From Octopus bimaculoides (taxonomy: Eukaryota): a stretch of DNA of 34,820 nt. Under the pieces are notes generated by a model that saw only the letters and a program-made list of their open reading frames with translations, made no database searches and was not told the origin of the DNA. Every line of letters starts with the position of its first letter. Within the stretch, counting starts at the first letter, position 1. Shown here piece by piece: positions 1-13,397 of the stretch. Both the position numbers and the translations under genes were made by a program. The stretch spans positions 67,757,075 through 67,791,894 of the forward strand of contig NC_068992.1 of the NCBI RefSeq assembly GCF_001194135.2. Direction: 5' to 3'.

Positions 1-1129
1 ATATATATATATATATATATGTAAAACACATATATGACTTAAGGAGCTTAATTTCAGAAAAAAAAAACTAATTGCACATTGAGCATTAAATACAGCTTAA
101 TACCACTAAGTAATCTTTAAAAAATAGTGATATAAATCTCAATCTATCAATAATGTTAATTATGCTCGGTTAAAAGAGCAATTTTGAGTATGAAATAGAA
201 TTTGTAAATACAATTTCAAAAGTAAATATCACCTTATAAGTTTAGAAGACATTTGTTTGTGTTTCAAAGAAGAATCGGATAACATTTTTTAAACATGTAG
301 AAACTCCCCCAAGGAAGGAACTATAAAGATGACTGCGCTAATTAAAAGAAACAAATGTTAATTACAGGAGGTTCACAGTGGATTTAGCCTAAATCAGCAT
401 TTACTAGATTACTAAAATTATTCTGAACTAAAATATTTACATTCTTGTTTGTTGCTTTAAAAAACACTCCTCTTATAAACGACGTGGCGTATAACTTTGA
501 CTAGAATGAAAATATGTCTGAATAATTTACTACGTAGATGCATACGATGTTATGATGCCTCATCTTTTATGTATTATGCCGTGGCATTTAATCGTTGCTG
601 TTATGGTTATGTTTCTTCGACTGGCTTTATTGTCAGTTAAAATAGTTACGAAACAAGAAAGGATTCATTGAATAATATACCACGTTGTGGACACTGAAGG
701 CATTTGATAAATACGCATGCAATCTTAATAGGGGACACTAATCACAAATACTGAAAGTAATTGTTCTTTTGCTGCATAATAGAGTCCCTAAATACAAAGA
801 AGCTTTGAAGAATGTAAAAGTATTATTCAAATGAGGATTGCGGAGGACGAAATCCAAGATTCAGTTTAGATTTACAATTTGAACAATCAGATTTAGCTGA
901 TGCAAATTTATCTCCTAAACAAAACATGCTCCAAATATTCTGCAATAATCATTCTACCACTGCTTGAATCAAAATGTTGTGTCGACCCGAAATTAAATTA
1001 CAAATTTATACTTTTATTTTCTAATATGTAAAACATATTATAACAGTATATATTATATACAACCATCTATAGAACAATAATCACAATAGCCACTTATATA
1101 TCTTGAACTTCACCAATAGCGTACTACAC

Positions 1130-1600
1130 TAAAGTCAAGGCCATAGAGCAGGCGAAGGTCATAAACATCGAAGCAATTCCGTGGAAAAAAGCAACACTGG
1201 AAAATACATGTCAACAGGATGGATGATCATCGACGTCCCAAGATCACGTTGTATCGTGACAATGATCTGGTCACTGTGATTGAAGAGCATTATAGAAGAG
1301 ATACAAGAATCCCTAAAGGAATCCCTCGATACCTGCCACATTGATCTCTCCAGTGGTCTGTTACTGCTACTGACTATGACGTATGCCGCCTCACTGTCCT
1401 CCAGATAAAAGCCGCCTTTCTAGACATACACAGATAAGAGAAAAAGGGAAGAGAAACAAGAAAAAACATTCATAATCTTACTGCTACAGTAGAGCCACTA
1501 TGGCTATACTTGTTTGTCCCAAATAGGACGCGTTAGACAACCCTGAAACAGAACTGGACATACCGCTCTGTAAATTTGTGCTTGTGAAGCCAAACCAAGA
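1130..1600 (+). mobile_element. RTE-clade LINE 3' fragment (degenerate ORF2 C-terminus and tail)
   Basis: Frameshifted translation KAIEQAKVINIEAI / KQHWKIHVNRMDDHRRPKITLYRD resembles the RTE motif LRWxGHVxRMxDxRLPKxxLYGEL. It is followed by TCHIDLSSGL and TCLSQIG (remnant C-terminal Cys motif) and a tail ending TGAAGCCAAACCA. Confidence 0.8.
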
Positions 1601-2209
1601 GAAAGGAGGCTGTTAAATCATTAAGTAATTCACAGTCTTAAATAATCTAGGATTCCTCATAAGAAGTTAGCTTTGATAATTTACAAATGTTCTGTGTAAA
1701 ACAAGTCATATGAAATTATATAATATTTTTTCCTGTGGTTCTGCTCCCACATTCTGCGTTAAAATACAGGTGTGTTGAACTTTGGTTTGAAACCTTTAGT
1801 GCTTATAAAGGACAGGAGGTACGTACTGGAATACATTTAGATCGCTAAGCAATCCACCGAAAAATTCTAACACTCTACCTAAGATTAGAGGCACTAAATT
1901 TTTAGAATTGAAATTTTGTAATGTTTTCCTGCAACCGATGTATAAAGTGTTAATTACAAATCGGTGTCCTAGAAACATAATGAAACAATTTAAGTTAAAC
2001 CGGATAATGAAGAAATTGTCTAATTCATACAATTCCAGTGCATTCAGTAAAATACAAAAAGAAATTATTTATAAAACGTTATTGCTTTCTCTTTGCCGCT
2101 TATCCTATTGAATGCATTTTGCTTGAAAAGAAAGAGGATTCATTAAGATAAGTTGAATAATTATTATATTCAGCTTCGTGTGAAATGTGTAGGATCTCTT
2201 TCAAGTATC

Positions 2210-2260
<51 letters not shown>

Positions 2261-2289
2261 ACACTTGACAGGAGTTATGTATGTATTAA

Positions 2290-3330
2290 CAGGTTGATTT
2301 CGTTACTTGTATCATAAATGTCTAGTGAGGAGGAAACTATGAAGCCAATTTAAGATGGCTGCTAGGTTTTAGGCGTCTATTAGTCTTCACAGACCATGTG
2401 CTTTTACTGGTGTGAAAGTGAAATCATGTCTTTCATGATTCTTAGGCACACTGGGAGAGGATGCCCGTAGGTAGCTTTCGCCGCTATATCTGCAAGTTGC
2501 AGTATGGTATGTTTAGCTACATCATTTCATTGAGGCTACTAAATGCAGGTTGGAGTGCGATCGCCTGTGTGGAATCAGTGAAGATCTAATACATAAGTGG
2601 CAATAGCTATTCTGTGGTAACGATAAGATATGGTTGTCCTGAATTAAAATTAGGTTGTTAAAAGTTAATATAATTAAGTCTGGATGATCAGTAGCATTGG
2701 TGGGGTTGTGGTCTTTGTGGACCACAACGATTAAAGTTTGTGCCCTTTCGTTTAGAAGTGCAAGGCCTAAATTGTTGTATCTGGGTTGGTGTTTTCCAGT
2801 GGCTTAATTTCATTACCATGGTGTACCTCTGGTGGTAAGATAATATTATTCAGTTTTCTTGTCGATGGAAACTGCACGCTAGCATAGTGTGTCGATGTGG
2901 AATCTGCGAGATGCAGATGAGGAAAGCGAAAAGGACCATTAAATATAAACCACTTGATGTTGGAGAAGTCAATCTAATGATCGGGAGCCTCTAGATGAAA
3001 CAGGAAATGATGGATGAGGAGTTTCCATTATCTGAAGCAGTGTGTATGCTGTATATATCTTTTCTTGAAGTCGTTCACTCTCATGCTTGTGTAGTGACGT
3101 GTAATGCCATCGGATGTTTTCTGAATGCATGTTTAGCCACATCCTTTAAAATGCACTTGATATTGTTTCAAAAGTTACAATGTGGATTGGAGGAGTGCGT
3201 TTGCGTCTAGTGTGGCGAGCAATGTCATAATTACTGTTTCTAAGGAAACATTTTAATAAGTGTCAGAAATTTTCTAGCTATGTTTGTGGAAGTGAATTGG
3301 AAGATTGCTGCAACAATCTTAATACACTGT
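2290..3330 (-). mobile_element. Degenerate CR1/L2/Jockey-group LINE: APE endonuclease N-terminal region plus probable upstream ORF1 end
   Basis: Minus strand gives IDFSNIK(W) near 2975 (cf. the APE start xDFSNIRGL), PHLHL, DHNPTNATDHPDLIILT (cf. PT...H.LDL.LT) and S*FPPH (cf. SSFPPL). Many stops and frameshifts. Confidence 0.6.
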
Positions 3331-3663
3331 TGATTTCGCTCCGACAACACAACAACCGACCATAAGTAGCATCAAGTGCAATGGAACGGAGTCGTTAAAT
3401 ATTCCATACCGTCACTTACAGACATAGCCCTAACGCCGACAGTTATATACCCGCATCTTGTCCGAGCAGGTTAAATAAAAAATAAAGAATTGCTATCATG
3501 TTCACACCAATAACAGCAGGTAAGATAGGTTGACCAATAGAGGTCTAACAGCTCGCAGCCATCTCGAATTTGTCTCATATCTATTTCCTGCTTGTTTGAT
3601 GCCTGACTACATAAGTTCGTTCGACGAGCGTACGAAATTTTAAGATTCATGGAGTCAATCTTT

Positions 3664-3835
3664 CCCACCGCTTGACAGCTGGTGTTGCCGCGTTTACTTT
3701 ATTGTAACTATCAGCAAAACGATCGACAGATTATGTGTCAGACTTAAAAAATATACGTATTTTACTGGGGTCGACTAAAATACTTCAAGGCGGTGCTCCA
3801 ATGTGGCCGAAGTCTATTGACAAGCAAGTAAAAGA
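3664..3835 (+). mobile_element. tRNA-derived SINE (Octopus-type family), central and 3' part
   Basis: CCCACCGCTTGACAGCTGGTGTTG...ACTGGGGTCGACTAAAATACTTCAAGGCGGTGCTCCAATGTGGCCGAAGTC...AAGTAAAAGA. Homologous to copies at 13398, 17937 and 34573 in this window. Confidence 0.8.
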
Positions 3836-5081
3836 TTTTAAAAACATTTAGACTTATTCAAAAATCTGTATAATTTCAGATACTCACACACATACGCTCA
3901 CACACGCAAGCACACACATACACACACGTTTGTCATGTTTACAACATGGAGTGGATTGTATAAGAGAGTTTAAAGAATCAAACTTCACACATGTACCTCT
4001 TTGTCATTCTCGAGGATGTTTTTGCTGTTTCCCATCCTTCAAAGATCCTTACGGAAGAGAAACGAACATACGTGTAGTAATGGAACCGTACATCTAATAA
4101 CAATAATTTTATGTATGCACATATATTCGGTTGAGTAATGTCGGTAAAAATTTATCACACGAATGATGCCAATTATATTGTACATTTCTTATATTACTAG
4201 CAAACAGTTACCGCATACATTTATACAAAATCATTTCGAAGTTAACTCTTTTTACTTAAGGAAAAGGTAGATATAATGACCAGACCACAAATAGTGAATA
4301 AAATAGTAAGTAAAGTTTTGATGTGCTATGCAACATATAATGATTATTACAAAAATCAAACAGAAAATAAGAGCTGAACGTTTACTTTAACACTAAAACA
4401 AAATGCAAAATCAAAGCACTAGAAAAGTTTATATCTTATCGCATATAGATATTGGTAAGTGGAAGCCAAATGATTATATGAAGCAAAGATGATATTTAAC
4501 CAACACTAGTTTACGCTTCTAATATTCATAAGTTATGATAAGTGTTACTCCTAAGTCTTTGATTTAATTGTGAGTGCGCCATTTTCTTCCAATCTTGCAG
4601 CTATTATGAATATTTGCATCTCTTTAATTGCCAAAAATAAATATATAAATAACAAAAATAAAATAAATTAAATCATCGAATGGCTCCGCCAACAGGAACT
4701 ATCTCACATATCACTCTCTATTATCATACTTCAACTATTTCCAAACTTTTGAAATCCTCAATTTTCCATAAATTTCTTTGAAATTTGGATTAAACATTCC
4801 TTCTGCTGCTTTTATATCCAATCAACTTGGAGATGAGTTTTATCAAAAAATTTACGCAATGTTTTGTTAAGCTAGTTTATTACTGTGCCGGGATATGTAA
4901 CCAGGCATTAAATATTTTATCTTTTTCTTTCCTCTTGTTTAAAATATTTCAAATAATCTACTGTCAGTTAATCGAATTTGTTTTACAATTGCAACTTGTG
5001 GTGTAAAAATTAAAAAATGTCTAGCATTATGTGAATTCGCACACACACACACACACACATATGTATATACACATATATATA

Positions 5082-5818
5082 NNNNNNNNNNNNNNNNNNN
5101 NNNNNNNNNNNNNNNNNNNNNNNNNNNNNNNNNNNNNNNNNNNNNNNNNNNNNNNNNNNNNNNNNNNNNNNNNNNNNNNNNNNNNNNNNNNNNNNNNNNN
5201 NNNNNNNNNNNNNNNNNNNNNNNNNNNNNNNNNNNNNNNNNNNNNNNNNNNNNNNNNNNNNNNNNNNNNNNNNNNNNNNNNNNNNNNNNNNNNNNNNNNN
5301 NNNNNNNNNNNNNNNNNNNNNNNNNNNNNNNNNNNNNNNNNNNNNNNNNNNNNNNNNNNNNNNNNNNNNNNNNNNNNNNNNNNNNNNNNNNNNNNNNNNN
5401 NNNNNNNNNNNNNNNNNNNNNNNNNNNNNNNNNNNNNNNNNNNNNNNNNNNNNNNNNNNNNNNNNNNNNNNNNNNNNNNNNNNNNNNNNNNNNNNNNNNN
5501 NNNNNNNNNNNNNNNNNNNNNNNNNNNNNNNNNNNNNNNNNNNNNNNNNNNNNNNNNNNNNNNNNNNNNNNNNNNNNNNNNNNNNNNNNNNNNNNNNNNN
5601 NNNNNNNNNNNNNNNNNNNNNNNNNNNNNNNNNNNNNNNNNNNNNNNNNNNNNNNNNNNNNNNNNNNNNNNNNNNNNNNNNNNNNNNNNNNNNNNNNNNN
5701 NNNNNNNNNNNNNNNNNNNNNNNNNNNNNNNNNNNNNNNNNNNNNNNNNNNNNNNNNNNNNNNNNNNNNNNNNNNNNNNNNNNNNNNNNNNNNNNNNNNN
5801 NNNNNNNNNNNNNNNNNN
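5082..5818. other. Assembly gap (N run) flanked by (CA)n/(TA)n. Other gaps: 6601-6700, 17837-17936, 23535-23603, 29776-30079, 30543-31533, 32073-32138
   Basis: N runs seen directly; most abut dinucleotide repeats. Confidence 0.99.
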
Positions 5819-5886
<68 letters not shown>

Positions 5887-6239
5887 AAGAGACACATATA
5901 TACGTACATATAAGCACGTTTGCATGTGTATGTACACACAATATGTTTGTGTATCTGTGTGTCTGTGTGTGTTTCTATAATATCCAACATTTTCAAATCA
6001 ACATTCTCCCATGTTATTGTGAATTATGATGAAGTGCGCCGATGGCCATTTGTGGTGGGATTGTTTAATTACGAACGATGTTTTGTTGTACAAAGTATTA
6101 ATCTCTTGTTGAATATTTGTGTCTTATTATTATTGATTGTTTAAACCTTTATGATTTTCTGTTAATTTTTAAATTCTTGATCAATAAAAATATGTTTATC
6201 TTTCATATGAATTTCAATTCTGTTACAATTTGCTTCTCG

Positions 6240-6335
6240 TGTGTGTGTGAGAGAGAAAGAGAGAGAGAGAAAGAGAGGGAGAGAGAGAGAGAGAGAGAGA
6301 AAGAGAGGGAGAGAAAGACAGAGACAGGGAGGAAG
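6240..6335. repeat. (GA)n-rich microsatellite. Similar simple repeats at 2210-2258 (TA), 8612-8660 (GA), 13165-13268 (CT/CA), 19905-20014 (CT/TA), 21990-22195 (TA/GA/GATA), 27115-27308 (TA/GT/TAA), 33424-33505 (GT/TA)
   Basis: Visible tandem di- and trinucleotide arrays. Confidence 0.95.
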
Positions 6336-8155
6336 AGAGTTAGCGTTGTATGAGATGGTGGATTTCCATTCATCAGTAATTCAAGTAACCCATGCCATTA
6401 TAAATTGCATTCAATGTTTTGTGTAATAAGTGTAATATATTCTTGTTAGTTAACTAATTAACACTTCCGAAAGATTGAACATTAAGTATTAAATTGGTTA
6501 AAGAATATAACATTCTCTGCAAAGAATGTTGTTTTTTTTAACACAAGAACGCTGGTGATAGTTCAAGAAATTTGGAATTAAAACTTTCCGAAAATGTAGA
6601 NNNNNNNNNNNNNNNNNNNNNNNNNNNNNNNNNNNNNNNNNNNNNNNNNNNNNNNNNNNNNNNNNNNNNNNNNNNNNNNNNNNNNNNNNNNNNNNNNNNN
6701 GTGTGTGTGTGTGTGTGTGTAGTTTTATGATTTTTGTCAATACATGCGAGCAAACAATATCGTCATCCATAAAACATCGATATATTTCCACTAATATCGT
6801 CATCAAATTACATCATCAGCTCTTATCGCTAACTGACTGCAATTACAAAATAATTAACTCTAGTGTAGAAAATACTGTAAACAGGATTCTATAACCAAGT
6901 AATTCCATTCTTCAAAATAGACCTGTAAGTTATAGTATTCATATTCAAGGATATCAACATTTTATAACAATTATTTACTATACCCGTCGATTAAGGAATG
7001 AGAAATTATTAATATATTTATGATGGGGATCTCGAGGCGATAGCGTTTCTTATCTAATTATACTCCACTTCTAACAAGATACAAATTATCATCTTTTTAT
7101 CTTCTATGATCATCTCTACTGTCATCAACAGCCTCACAATTGAGGATTTACGATGGATTGGCTTATTTCTGAGCTCGTATGACTCAAATAATAATTAACG
7201 TTTTAATTTCGATGAAGGCGAGTTATAACTATTTAAGTATCTTGAACGTAATAAATAATTTTAGTATTCAGCCATTAAAGATCAATATATATATTAGGAT
7301 ATTGTATTAAATGTCTAACATATGTTGTAAGCAACAGGCGAAACGGGGTACAAATACGAAATACAGTAAATCATAGTTGTTCCAGCGGTCAAAACAAAAT
7401 ATTCTATATCGTGAACGTCAGAAATACATGTGAAAGCTTTCCTTTCATCTAAATTTAAAACTAAGAGCTCATTTGGACTAAATATAGATATTATTGTGTT
7501 TTCATTTGCGGTCTAGTTATTGTTATGAAATTGATCCGCCTTCATTAGCAGTTAGCATCCTCCGAATCATACTTTTGGAAAACAAATTTGCTTTGATTTA
7601 TTTCATCATTTAACGCATACACTTTTCTAATGGCATATAGTAGATAGTTCAGGGAATGTCTACGAAGCAGAAATGCACATTAAATCAGCATTGCCATAAA
7701 GATACAGAAAAGTAGATGGTGTTGGCACATGGACATTTTTTTATCAAAGATGTAATACACGATGGCTGGCTTTCGGCCAAATAGCAACCACGTGTCATTT
7801 ATACAGAAGATATTCACCAGCTCTGGAAATGAACTACAACAGTGTGCATTAAAATAGGCTAAGCACCGATGAGAAGGAAGATAAGTATATTCCTTTTAAT
7901 GTTTTTGGCAAGGAAATTATGATTCATTACTATATAATTATAAAAATAATAGTGATTCTTGTATGATTGATGACGACGAATATTTCAAAGTCTAAGATCT
8001 TTTCCCATTTCTTTTAATTTTGTACAAATAGGTTACAGTCAAGTGGTAAATAAGTTTGGCTGGTTTTGATAATATTATAAATTGTCTCTGCTTACGACAC
8101 ACTTTAGTAAGATAATGTTCTTCGGAAAATTGGAGTGAGCTAAAGCCCGCAAATC

Positions 8156-8598
8156 ATGAAGCATGGGAAGACTACGTTTTGGAGAAGAGGTGAACGCTGC
8201 AAGCCAGCTACCGTACGAAAGATTTATTATGAAATTGGGAGGGAATATGTAATTAGGAGGGAATATGTAATTAGGAGGCCCCTGTTGTGCTTGATGATAA
8301 ATTTCACCTCAGGTAAGGAAAGTGAAATGATGTTGGAGGTGACAGTTTTTTGGGAAGCGAACATCGAATTCCTCAAGAAAAAACAGAGAATACAGCGAGT
8401 ATACAGAGAATACTGCGTGAAAGCAACAGATTGGAGACAATTTGTATTCTTGTAGAGATAGGTGGTAAAGATACGTTGAAGCCAGAGATCAGTCAATGCT
8501 CAAGAGTCTTGGACGAGTCTGCAAATGAGAAGAAAATGGTTGCAAGGAAATTATTGGAAGCCACTGAGAAAGCAAGCCTTTACTCAAGAGAGAAATAG
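8156..8598 (+). mobile_element. HERO/NeSL-like non-LTR retrotransposon, C-terminal restriction-like endonuclease (RLE) relic
   Basis: RPLLCL..MMLEVTVFWEANIE..C..W / CILVEIGGKD..ARKLLEATEKAS resembles RPDxVL..VMLELTVPWEENIE..PVEVGCRG..LSEAAEKAS. Frameshifted. The following ~8680-8870 may be its 3' UTR. Confidence 0.75.
8238..8278 (+). repeat. 18-bp tandem duplication GGAGGGAATATGTAATTA x2 (+GGAGG)
   Basis: Exact copies at 8238-8255 and 8256-8273. Confidence 0.95.
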
Positions 8599-8608
8599 AG
8601 AGAAAGAG

Positions 8609-8663
<55 letters not shown>

Positions 8664-10559
8664 GAGTGGCGTAGCAAGATGGAATAAAAATAACAAGTTC
8701 AGAAGGACAACGTGTGACGCAATAGAACCCATGCTCTTCTTGGTCGGGAGTTTTGTCGCTCACATCGGCGGGTGGCCTTGAGCAGCCCTGGCTTCGTGTG
8801 GATGGGGCTGAAAGACATCAAGAACTTCTTCTGCATTCAAAGGCGGAGTGCAGCAGGGACATCAGTGCATAAGTATTTATTGTAAATTTGTATATAAAAT
8901 CGAGTCTATATATTGAGTACCCGAATAAAATCGAGGGAAGAATCTATATAAAAACGAACATAAATTAACTAGTAATTATTAAGTTGACCTTTTAAGACAT
9001 ATCATAATCATATTTCTGAAACTAAAGGAAACAAATATAAAGCAATCGCAATCTTTTTGCATCCATTATGGATGTAGTTAATAGAGAGTAAACACAATTT
9101 AATCAGTAAATATACACTGAGAAGTACTCTAAACTAATCTAAATATCTTGCTTATGGGTTCTTTTAGAGGCATGCTTAAAATGATTGTGCATTTTGATGG
9201 AATTATAATTAATCTAACATTATTAAATTACTTCAAACATTATCCGGAAAATTCAAAACACTAATATAATTTGTTTTATTTAATCATTTAGTTGCAGCTC
9301 ATTATTATTCAAGTATTTTCGTTACGCTCCTTTATGAAATACTCCTCCACTTTCATCAAATTTGCCATTATATTAGAGAATTTGAATTCAGTTACATGTC
9401 GGAAATGCCTTAGGGATTTGAATAACATGGAGAATGGATAGTGGATCCATTAATAATTCTATGCTTACCTAAAAAAAAACAAAATACAAATCGTTCAGCG
9501 AATTCCTTTAAGGGTAGAGTTTCTTCGTTCAAATTGACAGGATATCAGTTTTATAAATGGAAACGGAACAGAAAAAATAAAATCGTAATAAAATTATGCT
9601 CGCCAATGCTGTCCTTTCAAAATGAGGCATGTCATGCGTCAACTAAGATATCAGTATTACCAGCAGAGAAATAAAACGTGAATAATATTGCTTATTGATT
9701 TGTATGGGCAGTTCGGAGACAGAACCACCGAGGAAAATGTTGGTTTTCTCAAATTTACCCGAAGGTCGAATATAGTAAAATGTGAAGATGAGTGATGTTG
9801 CAAAATATGACATTTGGAATGATACTTTTAATGGAGGAGAATGCATTCGTGACAAAAAGAATTCCCAGAATGCAAATCATAGACGTTGTGTAGTTTTTAA
9901 TATATTTTAAGTTATGTCGATAAGTAGTTTTACTTGTACAACACATTAACCCTGACAGTTTCCAGATCAGGTGTTTTGTTTCGTCAACATCCCATTTACG
10001 AATGGTTTTTTTTTCTTAAACACTTCATGTTGAGATAATGGCATCATACACACACGCACGCACGCAATTTTCTAATATGTGAGTAGATTATGGAAGACAT
10101 GTAGCTAGGCGGTAACATGTTAGTGGTAAGTAACAAGGAATATAACTTTAGAGATAAGAAGGTAAACATTATCATTCTCATCGCGCTGATGTAAGAAGAA
10201 TTAAGACAGTTTCCCAAAGACATTGGATGTAATGATTAATATAACGGGCATTACCCTAAACAATATTACTAGCATTAATTGAAAAGCAATTCTGTCAATC
10301 TACCTGTCATTGTGTTTGTTTAAACGATAAATCGAGCTTATTTTTTTTAAAAATAGTTTAAGAATAATTATGGAACATTTTTTTATAGATGACACAATAT
10401 TGAATATAAATTTAATGTTGACCGGGATTTAAAACTTTCTCTAACAGCTTATTCAATCAATAATATTTGATATTTTATTCTATAGAATTAAATAAGAAAT
10501 GGATGTATGTGGATGGACACGGGTGCACCTATCGCATCAACATTACTCGTAGCAAAGGC

Positions 10560-12060
10560 ATTTTTACACACTAAACTCTTTCGTTTGTCAGTTAGTTTCT
10601 TCACACAAGGAAACACTGGGCTTAAGGAAAAACAACCGAAAATCTATTTGTTACTGAAGAACAATTGCAGCGGAAGTTGGAATTGTGTTCATAAATTGCG
10701 CAGATATGCTGTACTCGCAGGGTGGACGTTTTGACAAAATGGGTAATTAACTATACAATCACATGCAAAAATGTGTTGAAAAACCAATCTGATAATAACA
10801 CTTTGTGTAGAATCTTTAATTAAACATGGACGCGTTGATAGAAACTGCTCTGGTGCCAGTGAGTGCAGGTAATTATGTCTGCTTGTTGAGGTTTTCATCC
10901 CAGAAGTGATACATGCTTCCCATAAACAACGACCTGATTTTTAACACACATCCACACACAGGAATCAGAACTTGTTTTGTAAAATTGTCTACTTTAAAAG
11001 TTCAATATTTTGGTTTTGGGATATGGTTTACCAGATTCGATATGTAAATTCTGGTGTTGAAACAAATTTTGTTGTGTCTGGCATACTAATACCAGACATA
11101 GGATGATGAACAATGTGTCCCTGCTAAGCAAACCCATGAAACAAGGAGGCACATACAGAACTTCATTTCCCTGGATACGATCAAAAGATAGCATTCGAAT
11201 ATACAGGGGAGCCAGAAAGAAATTAGATGACATCATATGTAATGATGTCAGTGGTACTCGCTCTAGATACCGAAGTGAAGACAAGAATAGTAACAGATTT
11301 GTGACAAAGCAAACAAAGTGAACACATGGTACAGGTAAAGGTAATGTTTTTCTTCACTGGTCATGTCGACTCATAAGAACCGGTTACTCGGGTTCCATGA
11401 CGTATATATATTCCTCCACCAGGACGGGACGCCGGTCTGACACAGGTTTACACATTTGTGTCAGCTGAGTGGACTGGAACAACGTGGATAGAAGTGCTTT
11501 GCTCAAGAACACAACGCGTCGCCCCGTCTAGGAATCGAAACTACAATTTTACGATTATGGGTCGAACACACAAACCACTTAGCCATGAGACTTCACACCC
11601 ATGGTACACGGCTGATAAATATCAAGAGGTGATATTTGAAGAGTCCATACCTGATGGGGAATTAGCTCGTAGATTTAGGACGGTTCTGGAAGAGACCACA
11701 CTCAACATTAGAACCACTGAGAATCCAAAGAGCTCCATGAGATCACAGTTATGTAGGACTTCGAAAATACCACGTGCACTAATGAGAACTGTGTAGTATG
11801 TTTAACCCCTTTATTAACTGTAAACCTAGGAACGTAGTCTACAGCATAAGGTGCATGGAAGGTGTTTCTAAGGACAGAAACACGGCATATATTGCCAAGA
11901 CATCTAGGAGTATAGCGGAGAGGCGAAACAAACTCTGCATAGAGTATAATGACAAGAAAAATCATCTGTACTCTATCAACATGACGGCACAGTGGGATGA
12001 ATTGACATCTGCATTTTGTACAAACACCCAAAAGAAACATCACTAAGACAACCACAAGAT
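10560..12060 (+). mobile_element. Degenerate Penelope-like element, Neptune-type (RT remnant, Cys-rich linker, GIY-YIG endonuclease), split by a SINE
   Basis: DVSGTRSRYR (cf. D.xG.RPLYR); WYTADKYQEVIFEESIPDGELARRFR; Cx4Cx2C linker CTNENCVVC at 11775-11801; NCKPRNVVYSIRC...AYIAKTSRSIAER (GIY-YIG-like). RT motifs are only weakly recognisable (GRVDR near 10830, cf. RYVDD). Confidence 0.8.
11334..11596 (-). mobile_element. Apparently full-length tRNA-derived SINE inserted in the PLE, with target-site duplication
   Basis: Minus-strand A box TGGCTAAGTGG (11575-11585) and B box GTTTCGATTCC (11531-11541). Simple-repeat tail ...CATTACCTTTACC. CATGGTACA is duplicated at 11325-11333 and 11600-11608. 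Confidence 0.9.
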
Positions 12061-12195
12061 TACGTTCTCATAAATAAAACACTACCCGTAATAAATATGA
12101 AATACACGTAGAAGGTACGGATGCTGCAATGTCACAGATACAAACCACACAGCGTACGTACATATGTACATTCGTAAGAAGCCAGTCAAGTAGGG

Positions 12196-12335
12196 AAATA
12201 GGTAGGTAGGTAGGTAGGTAGGTAGGTTTTTGATGGTTAGGTCAGTTGTATAGATTGTTAGTTACTCAGTTAATTATGTAGGCAGGGAGAATAGGTGGGA
12301 AGATAGGTAAGCTAATAGACTGATAGGTAAGTAGG

Positions 12336-12374
<39 letters not shown>

Positions 12375-12720
12375 GGACATTAGTAAGAAGGCGGGTACAT
12401 AGGTTGTACGAACTGTCACGCACATACACAGACAAAAGCAGACACACATGCAAGGAGACAGAAACACATGACGATACACACACAATCAATACACACATAC
12501 ATACACATCAAAACATATGTATACACATGCATATATAAAAGGTGCTCACGCATAAACAGAAACTCAAACGCATAGACACACTGAAACACGCACAGAGGAG
12601 GAAGCAGAAGTAGGCGCACAAACACCCACTCACACACATACATACATACATACATACATGCGCTAACACAGAAGCAAGCACACATAAACGCACGCAACAA
12701 GATTTCAAAAGGTTGCAAGT
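12196..12720. repeat. Compound (GGTA)n/(GATA)n tetranucleotide arrays followed by a degenerate CA-rich array
   Basis: Visible repeats. Confidence 0.9.
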
Positions 12721-13182
12721 GGCAACGAAAGAGCTTTGACAAGCAAAAACAAAACAGATGACTCACTGATTAACTAAATTAAACCAAATCGATTAGTTTG
12801 TTGGATATTTAACCATTTGACTAATAATAAGGGAGTTGAATTGAACCCGGGCGTGCAGTTAATAATATAGGCGTAATGACTCTCCTTAGACAAGTTTATA
12901 CTAGTGGCACACAATTATCAATGTTGATGGTGTTTCACAAAACGACTCCAGTAAATCGATATTTGCCGATCAATTATAGTGCAAAATTATCAGAGAATTG
13001 GATTTAGAATACAAAGCAATTATGTTATAAAATCAGCATCGGAGAAAAAGTTTGTTTTTGCTTTAAACCTGAATAGCTCGTATCACGTGTAATATTTTCT
13101 TTAAACGTATGAAAAGTGAAACAGCGATATAACATACTACATCTAGATCTAACGCAAAATCATGTGCAAAATAGTATTTCTT

Positions 13183-13222
<40 letters not shown>

Positions 13223-13229
13223 ACACACA

Positions 13230-13271
<42 letters not shown>

Positions 13272-13397
13272 CTTTTATCTTTTACTTGTTTTTTATCATG
13301 GTCTCTAACCATGTGGGAACAACACGTTGAAAGGTTTTCGTCGAAAATATCGACCAAAGTACATAATTTTAAAGTGTAATACGTATCTTATCGGTAA

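Noticed and set aside
4939-6029. Long ORF-track entries (also 29756-31685, 31979-32248, 26959-27417)
   Set aside because: They are artefacts of N runs and microsatellites (YIYI, CVCV, RERE, poly-L/N translations).
9946-9960. TTAA-CCCT piggyBac-like end, with AGGG-TTAA at ~20253 and ~21065
   Set aside because: The match does not extend beyond 8 bp, and there is no transposase between them.
12830-12900. B-box-like GGTTCAATTC on the minus strand (possible tRNA or SINE)
   Set aside because: No cloverleaf or convincing A box; at most a very old SINE remnant.
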